A DNA stretch of 47,883 nucleotides from assembly GCA_016208845.1 (NCBI GenBank), contig JACQXH010000078.1, positions 14,605-62,487 of the forward strand, written 5' to 3'. Position numbers and translations under genes: made by a program. Below the pieces are notes generated by a model. The model saw only the letters and a program-made list of their open reading frames with translations, was not told the origin of the DNA and did not search any database. The stretch is from Nitrospirota bacterium (GTDB lineage: Bacteria; Nitrospirota; Thermodesulfovibrionia; UBA6902; BMS3Bbin08). This document shows, piece by piece, positions 25,653-36,142 of the stretch. Numbering within the stretch: the first letter of the stretch is position 1; each line of letters begins with the position of its first letter.

Positions 25653-26448
25653 TTATTCTTTTTTTTTGCCGAATATAGCCCGTAGCGCGCTATCGACATC
25701 TGGATATTTGAATTTGTATCCTGCCAACAACGCCTTTTCCGGCAAGACCCGCTGTCCTGTGAGAAGGATATTGCCAAGCTCTCCGAGGGTTAATTTGACA
25801 ACAAAACCCGGGACCCTAAGCCATGACGGCTTATGAAGCGCCCTTCCAAGGGCAGAACTGAACTCTTTATTTGTTGCCGGGTCAGGGGCAGTCATATTAA
25901 TCGGGCCGGCGATTAAATCTTTTTTAAGCGCAAATTTGATAATGCCTATGATGTCGTCTCTGTGGATCCATGAAAACCATTGATTGCCGCTGCCGACCGG
26001 CCCGCCTAAATAAAATCTAAACCTCCCATGCCTTGCAAACCTCTGCAAGAAAGTCTGAAGCAGGCGGGGTATTTTCAGTTACATGCTCATCCCCATGGGC
26101 GCCGTAGTAGCCGATTGCAGAGGCGCTGATCAGGACCTTTGGTTTTGGATTTGCATTCTTCATGGACTCTACAAGGGCGCGTGTTGTACTTATCCTGCTT
26201 GACATGATGAGTCCCTTGCGCTTCTTTGTCTAGCGTCCGGACGCAATGGACTCTCCGGCAAGATTGATGACAGCATCAAATTTTGAGATTATTTCAGGAG
26301 GAATTAGATCAGGCGGATTCCATGTAAGTTTTTCCTTTGAATCTGACTTGCGTCTCGTGGTAACTGCGACAGAATGCCCCGAGTTTCTCAGTTCACGGTT
26401 TAATGGCGCTCCGACAAACCCTGTGCCGCCTGTTATGAGGATATTCAT
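25653..26448 (-). pseudogene. YfcH-like (TIGR01777, DUF1731) SDR epimerase-family gene, disrupted
   Basis: Three collinear fragments. MNILITGGTGFVG...AGESIASGR-TAG-TKKRKGL has the TAG where homologues have Trp. The frame is then lost after CKAWE, with about 33 aa missing before FRFYLGGPVGSGNQWFSWIHRDD. Confidence 0.8.
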
Positions 26449-26543
26449 GGGATGATTATATCAAAAGTGTTAGAGGTGGTGCATATCTGAAGTGATATTC
26501 AAAATAAATGCTTGATGATCCCTGGATCGATGAACCCTGCTCT

Positions 26544-27677
<1,134 letters not shown>

Positions 27678-27688
27678 TCAAAAAAGCA

Positions 27689-27946
27689 TTTAACCACGGA
27701 TGAACACAGATTAACACAGATCTGCCTGTCGGCAGAAAGACAAGTGCAAAATTAAATAAATATATCGGTACAACGTACTTCGTACAGCGTACCTCGTAAA
27801 AACAAAGACGAAATAATTACAAATCTACTAAAAAACTGTTACGAAGTACTAAGTACGATGTACGCAACACGATTCAGTCTGCAATCTGTGTTCTGATTGT
27901 CAGATTTAGTAATCCGTATCAATCCGCGAAGATCCGTGGCTGAATG
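27689..27946. repeat. Nested composite hairpin element, inverted copy of 7291-7556
   Basis: TTAACCACGGATGAACACAGATTAACACAGATCTGCCTGTCGGCAG, then CGTAC-word arms, then AGTCTGCAATCTGTGTTCTGATTGTC, then AATCCGCGAAGATCCGTGGC. Confidence 0.8.
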
Positions 27947-27950
27947 CCGT

Positions 27951-28394
27951 TTAATAATGTGCTGTCCATATCCCGGCGGCAACTGCAAAATAGCTCAGAG
28001 CCAATATCACCCAGTGAAAGGCCTGAAGTATAGAGAATATTTTTTTGGTATCGAGTTCTTCACCCGAGGGCTTTGTGAAGATTTTTTTAAAAATGATTTT
28101 TTCAAGTCCGAACAAAAGCGACGCGTAAAATGTCCAGACCGCGATCATTACCCATGCCCCAAAGCTCAGGCCTTTCTCAGTGATCAATAAAAGGCCGGAC
28201 ATGCCTGCAAGAATGACCATTAGTTTAGCGATCTTTCCAAAGCGGTGTTCTGTCCCCTGAAACATCATGACCTGTTCAAGAGAGCTGTTCGACCTCTGGA
28301 TCATCGGGAATGTGATCATAGTGACAAATGAAACCCCGCCTATCCAGATGATGATGGAGATAATGTGAACTGTTAATGCTATCGGGTATAACAT
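27951..28394 (-). CDS. Small integral membrane protein (about 4 TM helices), function unknown
   Basis: Four hydrophobic segments, no recognisable catalytic motif, and an ORF bounded by repeat elements. Confidence 0.55.
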   Translation of the reverse strand: MLYPIALTVHIISIIIWIGGVSFVTMITFPMIQRSNSSLEQVMMFQGTEHRFGKIAKLMVILAGMSGLLLITEKGLSFGAWVMIAVWTFYASLLFGLEKIIFKKIFTKPSGEELDTKKIFSILQAFHWVILALSYFAVAAGIWTAHY

Positions 28395-28424
28395 GGTATG
28401 CTCCTTTATATCTTAAGAATTTAT

Positions 28425-28547
28425 GAATCCGCAGATTACACAGATTTGCGCAGATTAAAAAAATCTAAAAAAATCTGTGTTTATCCGTGTCCATCTGTGG
28501 TTAAATATATATAAACATCTGCGGTCATCTGTGTAATCTGCGGACAT
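28425..28547. repeat. CGCAGAT/CACAGAT-word hairpin element
   Basis: GAATCCGCAGATTACACAGATTTGCGCAGATT...ATCTGTGTTTATCCGTGTCCATCTGTGG...ATCTGCGGTCATCTGTGTAATCTGCGG. Confidence 0.7.
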
Positions 28548-28558
28548 CTTTCCCGGTC

Positions 28559-30301
28559 TCACATCTTCTCCGGGGCGCTGACTCCGAGAATTTTCAATCC
28601 CTCTTCAAGCGCAAGCTGAACAGCCCTGCAGAGGCTGAGCCTCGCACCGGTTATCACGCTGTCGTCTGTAAGGACCCTATGTTTATTGTAATAAGAATGA
28701 AAGAGCCGGGCCAGGTCCTGAAGATAATATGTTATCCTGTGCGGCTCAAAGGCAAATACCGCGCCTTCAAACATCATCGGATATTGGAGCAGTTTCTTGA
28801 TTATGGCGATCTCCTCGACTTCTTTTAATGCCGTTAAGTCTGTCCCTTGAACCCGAAAAGACCGTAATGCGTGATACGTAATGTGTGATGAGTTTGCTGT
28901 TCCCTGACTACTGTCTACTGAATACTGACTACTATCTTTCTGACCCCTGACCCTTCTCTCTTCCGCCTGCCTGAATATACTTGATATCCTTGCAAACGCA
29001 TACTGCACATAAAAAACAGGATTCTCCGCTGACTGCTCTTTTGCGACCTCTATGTCAAATTCGAGTTGACTGTCAGCCCTTCTTGTGAGAAATATGAATT
29101 TCGCTGTGTCAGAACCTACCTCATCAATTACCTCGCGCAGGGTTATGAATTCTCCTGCCCTCTTTGACATCTGCACGGGTTTGCCGTGCCTCAGGAGCGT
29201 TACCATCTGCACGATTATGACCCTGAATTTTTCCTTTGAAAGGCCGAAGGCCGAAAGCACCGACCTGATGCGCGGTATGTAGCCGTGATGGTCTGCGCCC
29301 CAGATGTCTATGATCGTATCAAAGCCCCTGTCGAGCTTGTCTTTGTGATAGGCGATATCAGAGGCAAAGTATGTATATTCGCCGTCCTGTTTGACAACAA
29401 CCCTGTCCTTGTCGTCGCCAAAGTTTGTTGAGCTGAACCATTTTGCGCCGTCTTTTTCATATAAAAAATTTTTATGCTGAAGCGCGGTCAGTGCCCCCTG
29501 GACCTTGCCTTTTTCATAAAGCTCTTTTTCGCTCTGCCATTTATCAAAGGTCACTCCAAAATCCTTCAGGTCCCTTTCAATATCGGACAGCATCATTTTA
29601 TAGGCATGACTGATAAAGAAATCACCGCATTGTTCAAAAGTATTATTAAGATATTTATTGCCGATATCTTTTATTATTTCTTCTGCTATCGAGGCGATAT
29701 AATCCCCTTTATAGCCGTTTTCAGGAAAATGGACGTCGTTTCCCAATGCCTGCTGATATCGTGAATAAACTGACAGCCCGAGGAGTTTTACCTGGAGTCC
29801 GGCGTCATTGACGTAAAACTCCTTCTCCACCTCAAACCCTGCCGCAGTAAGCAGGTTGCTAAGTGCATTGCCGATCGCAGCGCCCCTTCCATGCCCTATA
29901 TGAAGCGGCCCTGTTGGATTGGCGCTGATAAATTCGACCTGTATCCTTTTATTTTGTCCGAGGCCTGCGCTCAGGGATGGATGCCCTTCGCTCAGAAGTC
30001 GTTGCAGATTTTCATATAAGTATTCTTTTTTAAATCTGAAATTGATGAACCCTGCGCCTGCGATCTCTATATTTTCAAAAGGGCCGGATTGCTTAACTAT
30101 TTCTGAAAGAAGCTCTTCAGCTATCTTTTTAGGGGGCTTTTTGAGTGTTTTTGTAAGGCCCATTGCAACAGTGCTGGCAGCATCGCCAAGGTCCTCATTC
30201 CTTGGAATTTCCACATCTATATAGGGGATGCTTTCCAGCCCCCAGCCTTCTTTGAGGCTCGCAATGGCATTTGTGATCGCTTCAGTGACGGCCTTTTTCA
30301 T
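28559..30301 (-). CDS. argS: Arginyl-tRNA synthetase
   Basis: ANPTGPLHIGHGRG (HIGH), QMSKRAG, and the C-terminal anticodon-binding DALR region ending ...PEKM. Confidence 0.93.
   Translation of the reverse strand: MKKAVTEAITNAIASLKEGWGLESIPYIDVEIPRNEDLGDAASTVAMGLTKTLKKPPKKIAEELLSEIVKQSGPFENIEIAGAGFINFRFKKEYLYENLQRLLSEGHPSLSAGLGQNKRIQVEFISANPTGPLHIGHGRGAAIGNALSNLLTAAGFEVEKEFYVNDAGLQVKLLGLSVYSRYQQALGNDVHFPENGYKGDYIASIAEEIIKDIGNKYLNNTFEQCGDFFISHAYKMMLSDIERDLKDFGVTFDKWQSEKELYEKGKVQGALTALQHKNFLYEKDGAKWFSSTNFGDDKDRVVVKQDGEYTYFASDIAYHKDKLDRGFDTIIDIWGADHHGYIPRIRSVLSAFGLSKEKFRVIIVQMVTLLRHGKPVQMSKRAGEFITLREVIDEVGSDTAKFIFLTRRADSQLEFDIEVAKEQSAENPVFYVQYAFARISSIFRQAEERRVRGQKDSSQYSVDSSQGTANSSHITYHALRSFRVQGTDLTALKEVEEIAIIKKLLQYPMMFEGAVFAFEPHRITYYLQDLARLFHSYYNKHRVLTDDSVITGARLSLCRAVQLALEEGLKILGVSAPEKM
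28845..28955. repeat. Two adjacent heptamer-word tracts inserted in frame in argS
   Basis: CGTAATG CGTGATA CGTAATG TGTGATG, then CCCTGAC TACTGTC TACTGAA TACTGAC TACTATC ... CCCTGAC. It encodes about 35 extra aa (RVRGQKDSSQYSVDSSQGTANSSHITYHALRSFRVQG) between the catalytic and anticodon-binding domains. Confidence 0.7.
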
Positions 30302-30420
30302 GGATTAAGTTTAAAGATACATTGGAGGTAAGTCAATAATTGCACAAAAAATACAATTGATGACAGTGGTACAGAAAAGCAGGTATTTGTCCGTCATGAC
30401 TGGCGACCTTAATCGGGCAT

Positions 30421-30535
30421 ACATGGTTCGACAGGCTCACCATGACAACTGTCACCCTGAGCTTGTCGAAGGATGACATACACTCAGGACAGGCCTGTCG
30501 AAGGGTGGATTCCCGCTAAAGACATGCGGGAATAA
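30421..30535. repeat. GGTTCGACAGGCTCACCATGAC / GTCACCCTGAGCTTGTCGAAGG repeat cluster
   Basis: The same words occur at 24040-24115. It also contains GGATTCCCGCTAAAGACATGCGGGAATAA. Confidence 0.7.
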
Positions 30536-30673
30536 CGTGTCTAAGAATGTACAGACTATTATGAGAACTTTAATAAGTGACAAAGATACAGCGTTTTTGT
30601 CTTGTGTTTTTAATCAACATATCCCCCTGTCCGGATAATCGGATAGGGGGATATGTGTAACTTCCCGTGATAT

Positions 30674-33004
30674 TTACTGCAAAGTTATCAATACGAGTAT
30701 TTCGCCGCGCTGCCCCTCTTTAAGAGGTTCAAGGGCCTTGCCCAGAAGCATGCCGGGCCTCAATTTATCTGAATCAGCCTTCATTGCATATCCTTTGACA
30801 GGGCTTGTGACAAGCAGGTCGCCTGCAGAGATCTTTCCATAATTCGTATCGACTTTGACCTTCACCCTTCCTGTGTGAGCAATAACTGCCTTATCATCTC
30901 CGCCTTCGCCAAGGATGATCCCGGGCATTTCAGATACGACTCCTGCGACCAGCGAATTGTATGCTCTATCAGAAGAAACCACCTGATTAATTTCTTTAGT
31001 ATCGATCATTACGACCATGCCCTTAGCCAGCTGTTCTGACGTTTTTACCCATTCTGCCACGTCCTGATATTTAGCTGCGATGTTGCCGTCTACCTGCAGA
31101 TTTCCTGTAACGTGCGCATTCCCGGCGACATGGAGCTTAGAGTCCGGACTTGCCGTCCCAATACCTAAATTACCATTAGGATCAATTCTTGCTCTTTCGC
31201 TTCCGGCATTGTTAAAAATGTGCTGGGTAGCGTCATATCGAGCGGAATAATAGCCTCCAGCCGTGTTAACTACTCGCCATTCTCCTACACCACCAAATGG
31301 AATAAGCCGTATAGAAACATCACTGGAAGTCACATCCAATTTTGCCCCAGGGGACAACGTCCCGATGCCAACGCCGCCTGTTTCTCTAATGACCATTGCG
31401 GGTGCCGTGTAACCACCATTCGGCCCATTATTGATTCTAAACATAATACCGCCATTAACACCGCTTGTAGTATCGGTTTCGTCAGAAAGGATAAGAAATC
31501 GTTTGCCTGTTGCATACGTACCAATAGGGTCATACTTGAGTGTTCCCATGTTATTGTATTCTGCAGTTGTCAGTGTTATTCCTTGCCAATTACTACCACG
31601 AACTTCTAATTTTGACGATGGATTAATCGTCCCGATGCCGACGTTGCCTCCGTTTTGATTTAATACAAGATTTCGATAGGCTGTCCCTTCTGTTACACTC
31701 TGGATAAATCCATAATTATTTGCTGTATCATATCCTATCCACATTTTATTGCTTGGATTTGTCAGGCCCTGCAGCATCAGTTGACTGCCAGCTGCAGATG
31801 TTCCATCCGCCATAACGTGAAGTTTATTGGCAGGTGATGTGGTCCCGATCCCAAGATTTCCCGATACGCTGTAATTAGAACCGGCCTGAGCCACCGGCCA
31901 GCTGGAGCGGCAGTCTGTTCCTATGCATAGCGCATTCCCCTTAATGCTGCCTGCAACATCTAATTTTTGACTTGGAGTTGTCGTTCCGATGCCGAGATTG
32001 CCTGATGCCAGATCAAAGCGGGCCCTGTTAGTCCAGTCTGTAATGACTCCTGCACTCGAAGAAGGAGAATACATGAAATCGATTGTGTTAAACATCATCT
32101 GGATCAGGCTGCTCGGCACTGCCGAAGGCTTTTGCCATACTACACCGCTACTGGTCCACTGCACAAATGCGTTACGGGAAAGCCCGGTCCCTACGCCTGA
32201 ACCTATAAAATAGGCATCGTATGGAAGGCCGAGATAGGAATAACCGCCATTTTGATCGCTTGACACGGCATTCCTGATCCGTACGTCGCCCCCCTGGACG
32301 TCCAATTTATATGCCGGGCTTGTCGTTCCTATACCAACATTACCGTTTTTATCAATCCTCATGCGTTCAACCATTGATGGGGAGCCGTCAGAAAGGCTGA
32401 ACTTCATATGAGGCATATCAGATATAGCCATAGTTCGTCCTTTGACGTCAATTTCACCAACAAGGTTAGCGGCGTTATAGAATCGTATATATTTGGAAGC
32501 CTCACCGTAATCATTTTCAATCCGTATTCCCATTCCGCCTGGCTGACTTCCTCCATCAATATGTAAAATATCACCGGGATTTGCCGTGCCGATGCCGACT
32601 TTTGTATTTGCGTCATCCGGGCCTTGTGAAGCAGAACCAGCTGAGAGATATATCTTGTCCGACCATATATCCATCTCATCCCGTGAAAAGAGTTTCATGG
32701 TCCCAGAAACAGGACTGCCGATATTCTGCTGGAAATTACCGTTAAAAATCAGATTTCCCAAAAAATTGGCGCCCATTGGCAACGTGGGTGTTCCAAATCT
32801 AAACCACCCATTGTTAGTATCTGCCAGTATTTCCGCCTGCCCATAACCGGTCTTGAATATGATCTTCTCTTCCTGTCCCTGACCAATTCCATCGCCTATG
32901 TAAAGTATGTCATTCTCCGCTAAAGCAATAGTCCCGGTCACGAGTAAAAATACTGAAATTACAAAACACAACATTACATATGCTGCTGTTTTTTTTGCTT
33001 TCAT
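30674..33004 (-). CDS. Secreted tail-fibre-like repeat protein, copy 1
   Basis: The start is ATG 33004 after AAAGGAGGAAAGCAGA. Signal peptide MKAKKTAAYVMLCFVISVFLLVTGTIALA. Seven copies of (N/G)GN(V/L)GIGTxxPxxKLxVxG. The C-terminal module is NIAAKYQDVAEWV...VAGVVSE.PGIILGE...GRVKVKVD...GDLLVTSPVKGYAMKA. Confidence 0.8.
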   Translation of the reverse strand: MKAKKTAAYVMLCFVISVFLLVTGTIALAENDILYIGDGIGQGQEEKIIFKTGYGQAEILADTNNGWFRFGTPTLPMGANFLGNLIFNGNFQQNIGSPVSGTMKLFSRDEMDIWSDKIYLSAGSASQGPDDANTKVGIGTANPGDILHIDGGSQPGGMGIRIENDYGEASKYIRFYNAANLVGEIDVKGRTMAISDMPHMKFSLSDGSPSMVERMRIDKNGNVGIGTTSPAYKLDVQGGDVRIRNAVSSDQNGGYSYLGLPYDAYFIGSGVGTGLSRNAFVQWTSSGVVWQKPSAVPSSLIQMMFNTIDFMYSPSSSAGVITDWTNRARFDLASGNLGIGTTTPSQKLDVAGSIKGNALCIGTDCRSSWPVAQAGSNYSVSGNLGIGTTSPANKLHVMADGTSAAGSQLMLQGLTNPSNKMWIGYDTANNYGFIQSVTEGTAYRNLVLNQNGGNVGIGTINPSSKLEVRGSNWQGITLTTAEYNNMGTLKYDPIGTYATGKRFLILSDETDTTSGVNGGIMFRINNGPNGGYTAPAMVIRETGGVGIGTLSPGAKLDVTSSDVSIRLIPFGGVGEWRVVNTAGGYYSARYDATQHIFNNAGSERARIDPNGNLGIGTASPDSKLHVAGNAHVTGNLQVDGNIAAKYQDVAEWVKTSEQLAKGMVVMIDTKEINQVVSSDRAYNSLVAGVVSEMPGIILGEGGDDKAVIAHTGRVKVKVDTNYGKISAGDLLVTSPVKGYAMKADSDKLRPGMLLGKALEPLKEGQRGEILVLITLQ

Positions 33005-33024
33005 TCTGCTTTCCTCCTTTAAAC

Positions 33025-33160
33025 TTGTAAATTGCAATTTGTAAATTTGAAATTTAAAAAAATTCCAAATTAAAATTTATAAACTCTGTGTCCCTGCCTG
33101 CCGGCAGGCAAGCTCTGTGGTTTACCCGCCTCTGGCGGCGCCTAAGGCGACCAGGGTTAA
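33025..33160. repeat. AAATTT-word tract plus a CACAGAG/CTGCC-GGCAG hairpin element
   Basis: AAATTGCAATTTGTAAATTTGAAATTTAAAAAAATTCCAAATTAAAATTT, followed by CTCTGTGTCCCTGCCTGCCGGCAGGCAAGCTCTGTGG. Confidence 0.65.
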
Positions 33161-33173
33161 TTGCATTATCTGG

Positions 33174-35171
33174 TTAAGGTGCGCTTATCACCACATTTCG
33201 CAATTGCTGCAAGTGGGCTGCTTTTATAACGGTGATCCCCGGCTGTATGGGTTTATCTGTCCATGTCTGGGCGCCTATGGCCTGATCGATCGCGGTACGG
33301 AGCTCGTTTATGTGCGCTGCTTTTGCCGGGTTGTTCAGCAGTATTGCGTCAGGGTCTGTCCATGTGTATGGTGAAGCTCCTTTTCTTTTTCTCAATACAT
33401 TAACTGAACTTCTCAGCTCTGTAATATGTATCGCTTTGATCACAGTTGAATATTGTGTTATTGCATTATCTGTCCAGACCTTTGATATATCAAGGGGATA
33501 AATGTCTATGCCGTCCATAGCCCCATCGCCGTCAGAGTCTTTCATTGAAGGATTTGTGCCTTTCAGATACTCCTGAAGATTGGTCAGCCCGTCTCCGTCA
33601 TAATCATCATTTGGGCCTTGAGACAAATTCCCGAAGTATTGAATTTCCCACGAGTCAAGCATTCCATCACTGTCGCTGTCAGGACTGGCGCAGGGCAATG
33701 CGCCAACGTAACTTCCTGTGCTTGACATTGTGCATGCAGGACTGCCCTGCATTGGACGATAGTCATTGTTTGCCTCGTCATAGAAAAGAGGATCAGCTGC
33801 TATTGAATTTGCATCTTTCCCGGTGTCAGCCTTATATAGTGAAAAGGTTGTCATGGAATAACCTTTGCATGTAGGAGGAACAGCATAATTCCTGCAGTAC
33901 CAGATCATATATGACCATGGAGGGGTGTATGGACTGGTAGGGATATCTGATGAGTCATACCACACATTGTTATTAAGGAAAAGATTTGCAAGGGCTGCCT
34001 CTGTCCATCCTCCTGCAAGTTTAAAGCCGCGGTCCATTGCCTCGTAAAAGATGTTATTGCGGATAATAAAATTAGAAATACTTGCATCATTGCCCCAGGA
34101 CATTATATGGCTTCCATACGAGGGCCTGCCCTGAGGTACGCTGCCCCAGCCATATCCTGAATAAGCGCATGTATTGTTTTCGACATAGATATTATAAGTA
34201 GAAGACGTCGTTGGTCCGTTGAAGTATTCAAAGCAATACCCGGCATTCCAGATGACATTGTTGCGGAAGTAGTGATTATACTTGGTATTTGTCCCGGAAC
34301 CCTGAGTCGTCAATGCAGCATCAAAGATCTCCCATATACGGTTTCTCTCTACATATATATTATTGGCGCTGTCCCAGAATTCTATGGCATTGCCGTATCT
34401 TACTACTCCTTCTTCTTGTGATATATATTGAACGGCGCCCCCGATATAGGAAAGGTCATTGTCAGTGATTTTTAAATGATGACAGCCGGGTCCGCCCCAT
34501 ATGCCATGTGAGCCGCTGTAACGCAGGGCTATATTATTTATTTCGATATACGATCCTATGATGAACATATGCCGATGAAGGGCGCATTCAATGTCTGAAT
34601 AATATGAAGCCGGATTTGACGTGGAATAAAGAAGCACCCTTCGGCGGGAGGAATCATAATAGAACTCGCCCTGATTATTAAGATAAGCAATTCCATTCCC
34701 TTCCATCTTTCCAACAGATGCTTCATTATTGAAGATCAGGTTTCCAACCGCATAGTAACTGCCGCCGTAGTAAAAGGAATTATCAGGCGTCGTCCATATA
34801 TTAGGAGTGCCTGTCAAGGTCCAGTCGGCTGTGCTGTTTTTCTCAACAGAACCAAGGAATAAAGGTTTTGGGCCTGTGCCGTATGAAGTGTAGGTGACAT
34901 ATCCGGCTGAACTGCCGTTTTTTAAGGCAGGATATGCATCTGTAGGAAGTCTCCACACATCACCGCTCTTGAAACAGACTGTCTGTCCGGGCTGGATAGT
35001 TTTAGTATTTAGATATGCGATGGTCTTCCACGGGGTTGATGCAGATGTGCCATTATTGCTGTTATTACCCATGCTGCTGCTGACGTAGTAATTGCACGCA
35101 GCTTGACTGGCGCTTACGCTAAGAGCAAGCAATACTGAAAGACTTGCTAATAAGATGAATATTTTTTTCAT
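33174..35171 (-). CDS. Secreted right-handed beta-helix (PbH1, tailspike/polysaccharide-lyase-like) protein with TSP3-type repeats and a shared C-terminal module
   Basis: The start is ATG 35171 after GAGGTGG. Signal peptide MKKIFILLASLSVLLALSVSASQA. Repeated turns xNNxIxxxG (INNIALRYSGSHGIWGG, ITDNDLSYIGG, VERNRIW, FRNNVIWNAGY, VENNTCAYSGYGWG, IRNNIFYEA, LNNNVWY). Then DSDSDGMLD..DYDGDGLTNLQEYLKGTNP..DSDGDGAMDG and a triple IKAxHxxELR tail. Confidence 0.8.
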   Translation of the reverse strand: MKKIFILLASLSVLLALSVSASQAACNYYVSSSMGNNSNNGTSASTPWKTIAYLNTKTIQPGQTVCFKSGDVWRLPTDAYPALKNGSSAGYVTYTSYGTGPKPLFLGSVEKNSTADWTLTGTPNIWTTPDNSFYYGGSYYAVGNLIFNNEASVGKMEGNGIAYLNNQGEFYYDSSRRRVLLYSTSNPASYYSDIECALHRHMFIIGSYIEINNIALRYSGSHGIWGGPGCHHLKITDNDLSYIGGAVQYISQEEGVVRYGNAIEFWDSANNIYVERNRIWEIFDAALTTQGSGTNTKYNHYFRNNVIWNAGYCFEYFNGPTTSSTYNIYVENNTCAYSGYGWGSVPQGRPSYGSHIMSWGNDASISNFIIRNNIFYEAMDRGFKLAGGWTEAALANLFLNNNVWYDSSDIPTSPYTPPWSYMIWYCRNYAVPPTCKGYSMTTFSLYKADTGKDANSIAADPLFYDEANNDYRPMQGSPACTMSSTGSYVGALPCASPDSDSDGMLDSWEIQYFGNLSQGPNDDYDGDGLTNLQEYLKGTNPSMKDSDGDGAMDGIDIYPLDISKVWTDNAITQYSTVIKAIHITELRSSVNVLRKRKGASPYTWTDPDAILLNNPAKAAHINELRTAIDQAIGAQTWTDKPIQPGITVIKAAHLQQLRNVVISAP

Positions 35172-35218
35172 GCAACACCACCTCATCTCTTAACATTATT
35201 AACTATCTCATTAGTTAA

Positions 35219-36136
35219 CTACTGCAAAGTTATCAATACGAGTATTTCGCCGCGCTGTCCGTCTGCGAGCGGCTCAAGCGCTTTACCGACAATCGTCCCC
35301 GGGCGATGGATCTTTGCTCCGCCAATGTCAATCGGTTCAGATCTCATCGCATAGCCTTTTACCGAACTTGTTACTAATAAATCCCCTGCAGAAATCTTCC
35401 CATTGCTTGCATCTACCTTTACCCTGACTCTTCCTGTGTGCGCTATTATGGCCTTGTCTTCCGAAGCCTCTCCAAGGATAATGCCGGGCTGCTCTGATAC
35501 AACACCTGCAACCAGTGTGTTATATGGCTTATCTGAAGCAATTACCTGATTTGCCTTTTCCGGGTCTATCATTACAACAGTGCCTGCGGTTAATTGTTCT
35601 GAAGTTTTAACCCATTCAGCAACGTCCTGATATTTGGCTGCGATATTGCCGTCAACCTGCAAGTTTCCTGTAACATGACCATTGCCGGCGACATGGAGCT
35701 TTGAGTCCGGGCTGGTCGTCCCGATGCCGACATTGCCTGAATTATCAATGCGAATCCGCTCAGCGCCGGCTGTATGGAATCTCATAGCGTCAGCATTTAT
35801 ATATGACTGCTGTCCGTAATAAATCCCGCCTCTTGCATTAGCCGTATCATTGGAAAAAGATATACCGCTTTGATATGCTTTTGGTGTCACAATAGAAATA
35901 TAGGCATTGTCATTACTTTCAAGAACTATATTCTCTTGAGATTGTGATGGATTACCCCCAGCATCACCCACTTTAACATTCAGTTTCGACACAGGCGTAG
36001 TTGTCCCGATACCAACGCTGCCGGTCTTTGTAATTGCAAGTCTGTCAGTGCCGGCTGTACCTAACATCAGCGTTCCAACTCCCTGGGCCATTCTGAACTC
36101 TGCTGTATCGGTGCCGGCCTGCATCTGATACGCCAC
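35219..36136 (-). CDS. Tail-fibre-like protein copy 2, C-terminal part (in frame with the upstream ORF across a TGA)
   Basis: GSVGIGTTTPVSKLNV, NVGIGTTSPDSKLHVAGNGHVTGNLQVDGNIAAKYQDVAEWV and a C-terminal module nearly identical to 30674-31180. Confidence 0.75.
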   Translation of the reverse strand: MAYQMQAGTDTAEFRMAQGVGTLMLGTAGTDRLAITKTGSVGIGTTTPVSKLNVKVGDAGGNPSQSQENIVLESNDNAYISIVTPKAYQSGISFSNDTANARGGIYYGQQSYINADAMRFHTAGAERIRIDNSGNVGIGTTSPDSKLHVAGNGHVTGNLQVDGNIAAKYQDVAEWVKTSEQLTAGTVVMIDPEKANQVIASDKPYNTLVAGVVSEQPGIILGEASEDKAIIAHTGRVRVKVDASNGKISAGDLLVTSSVKGYAMRSEPIDIGGAKIHRPGTIVGKALEPLADGQRGEILVLITLQ

Positions 36137-36142
36137 CTGATG

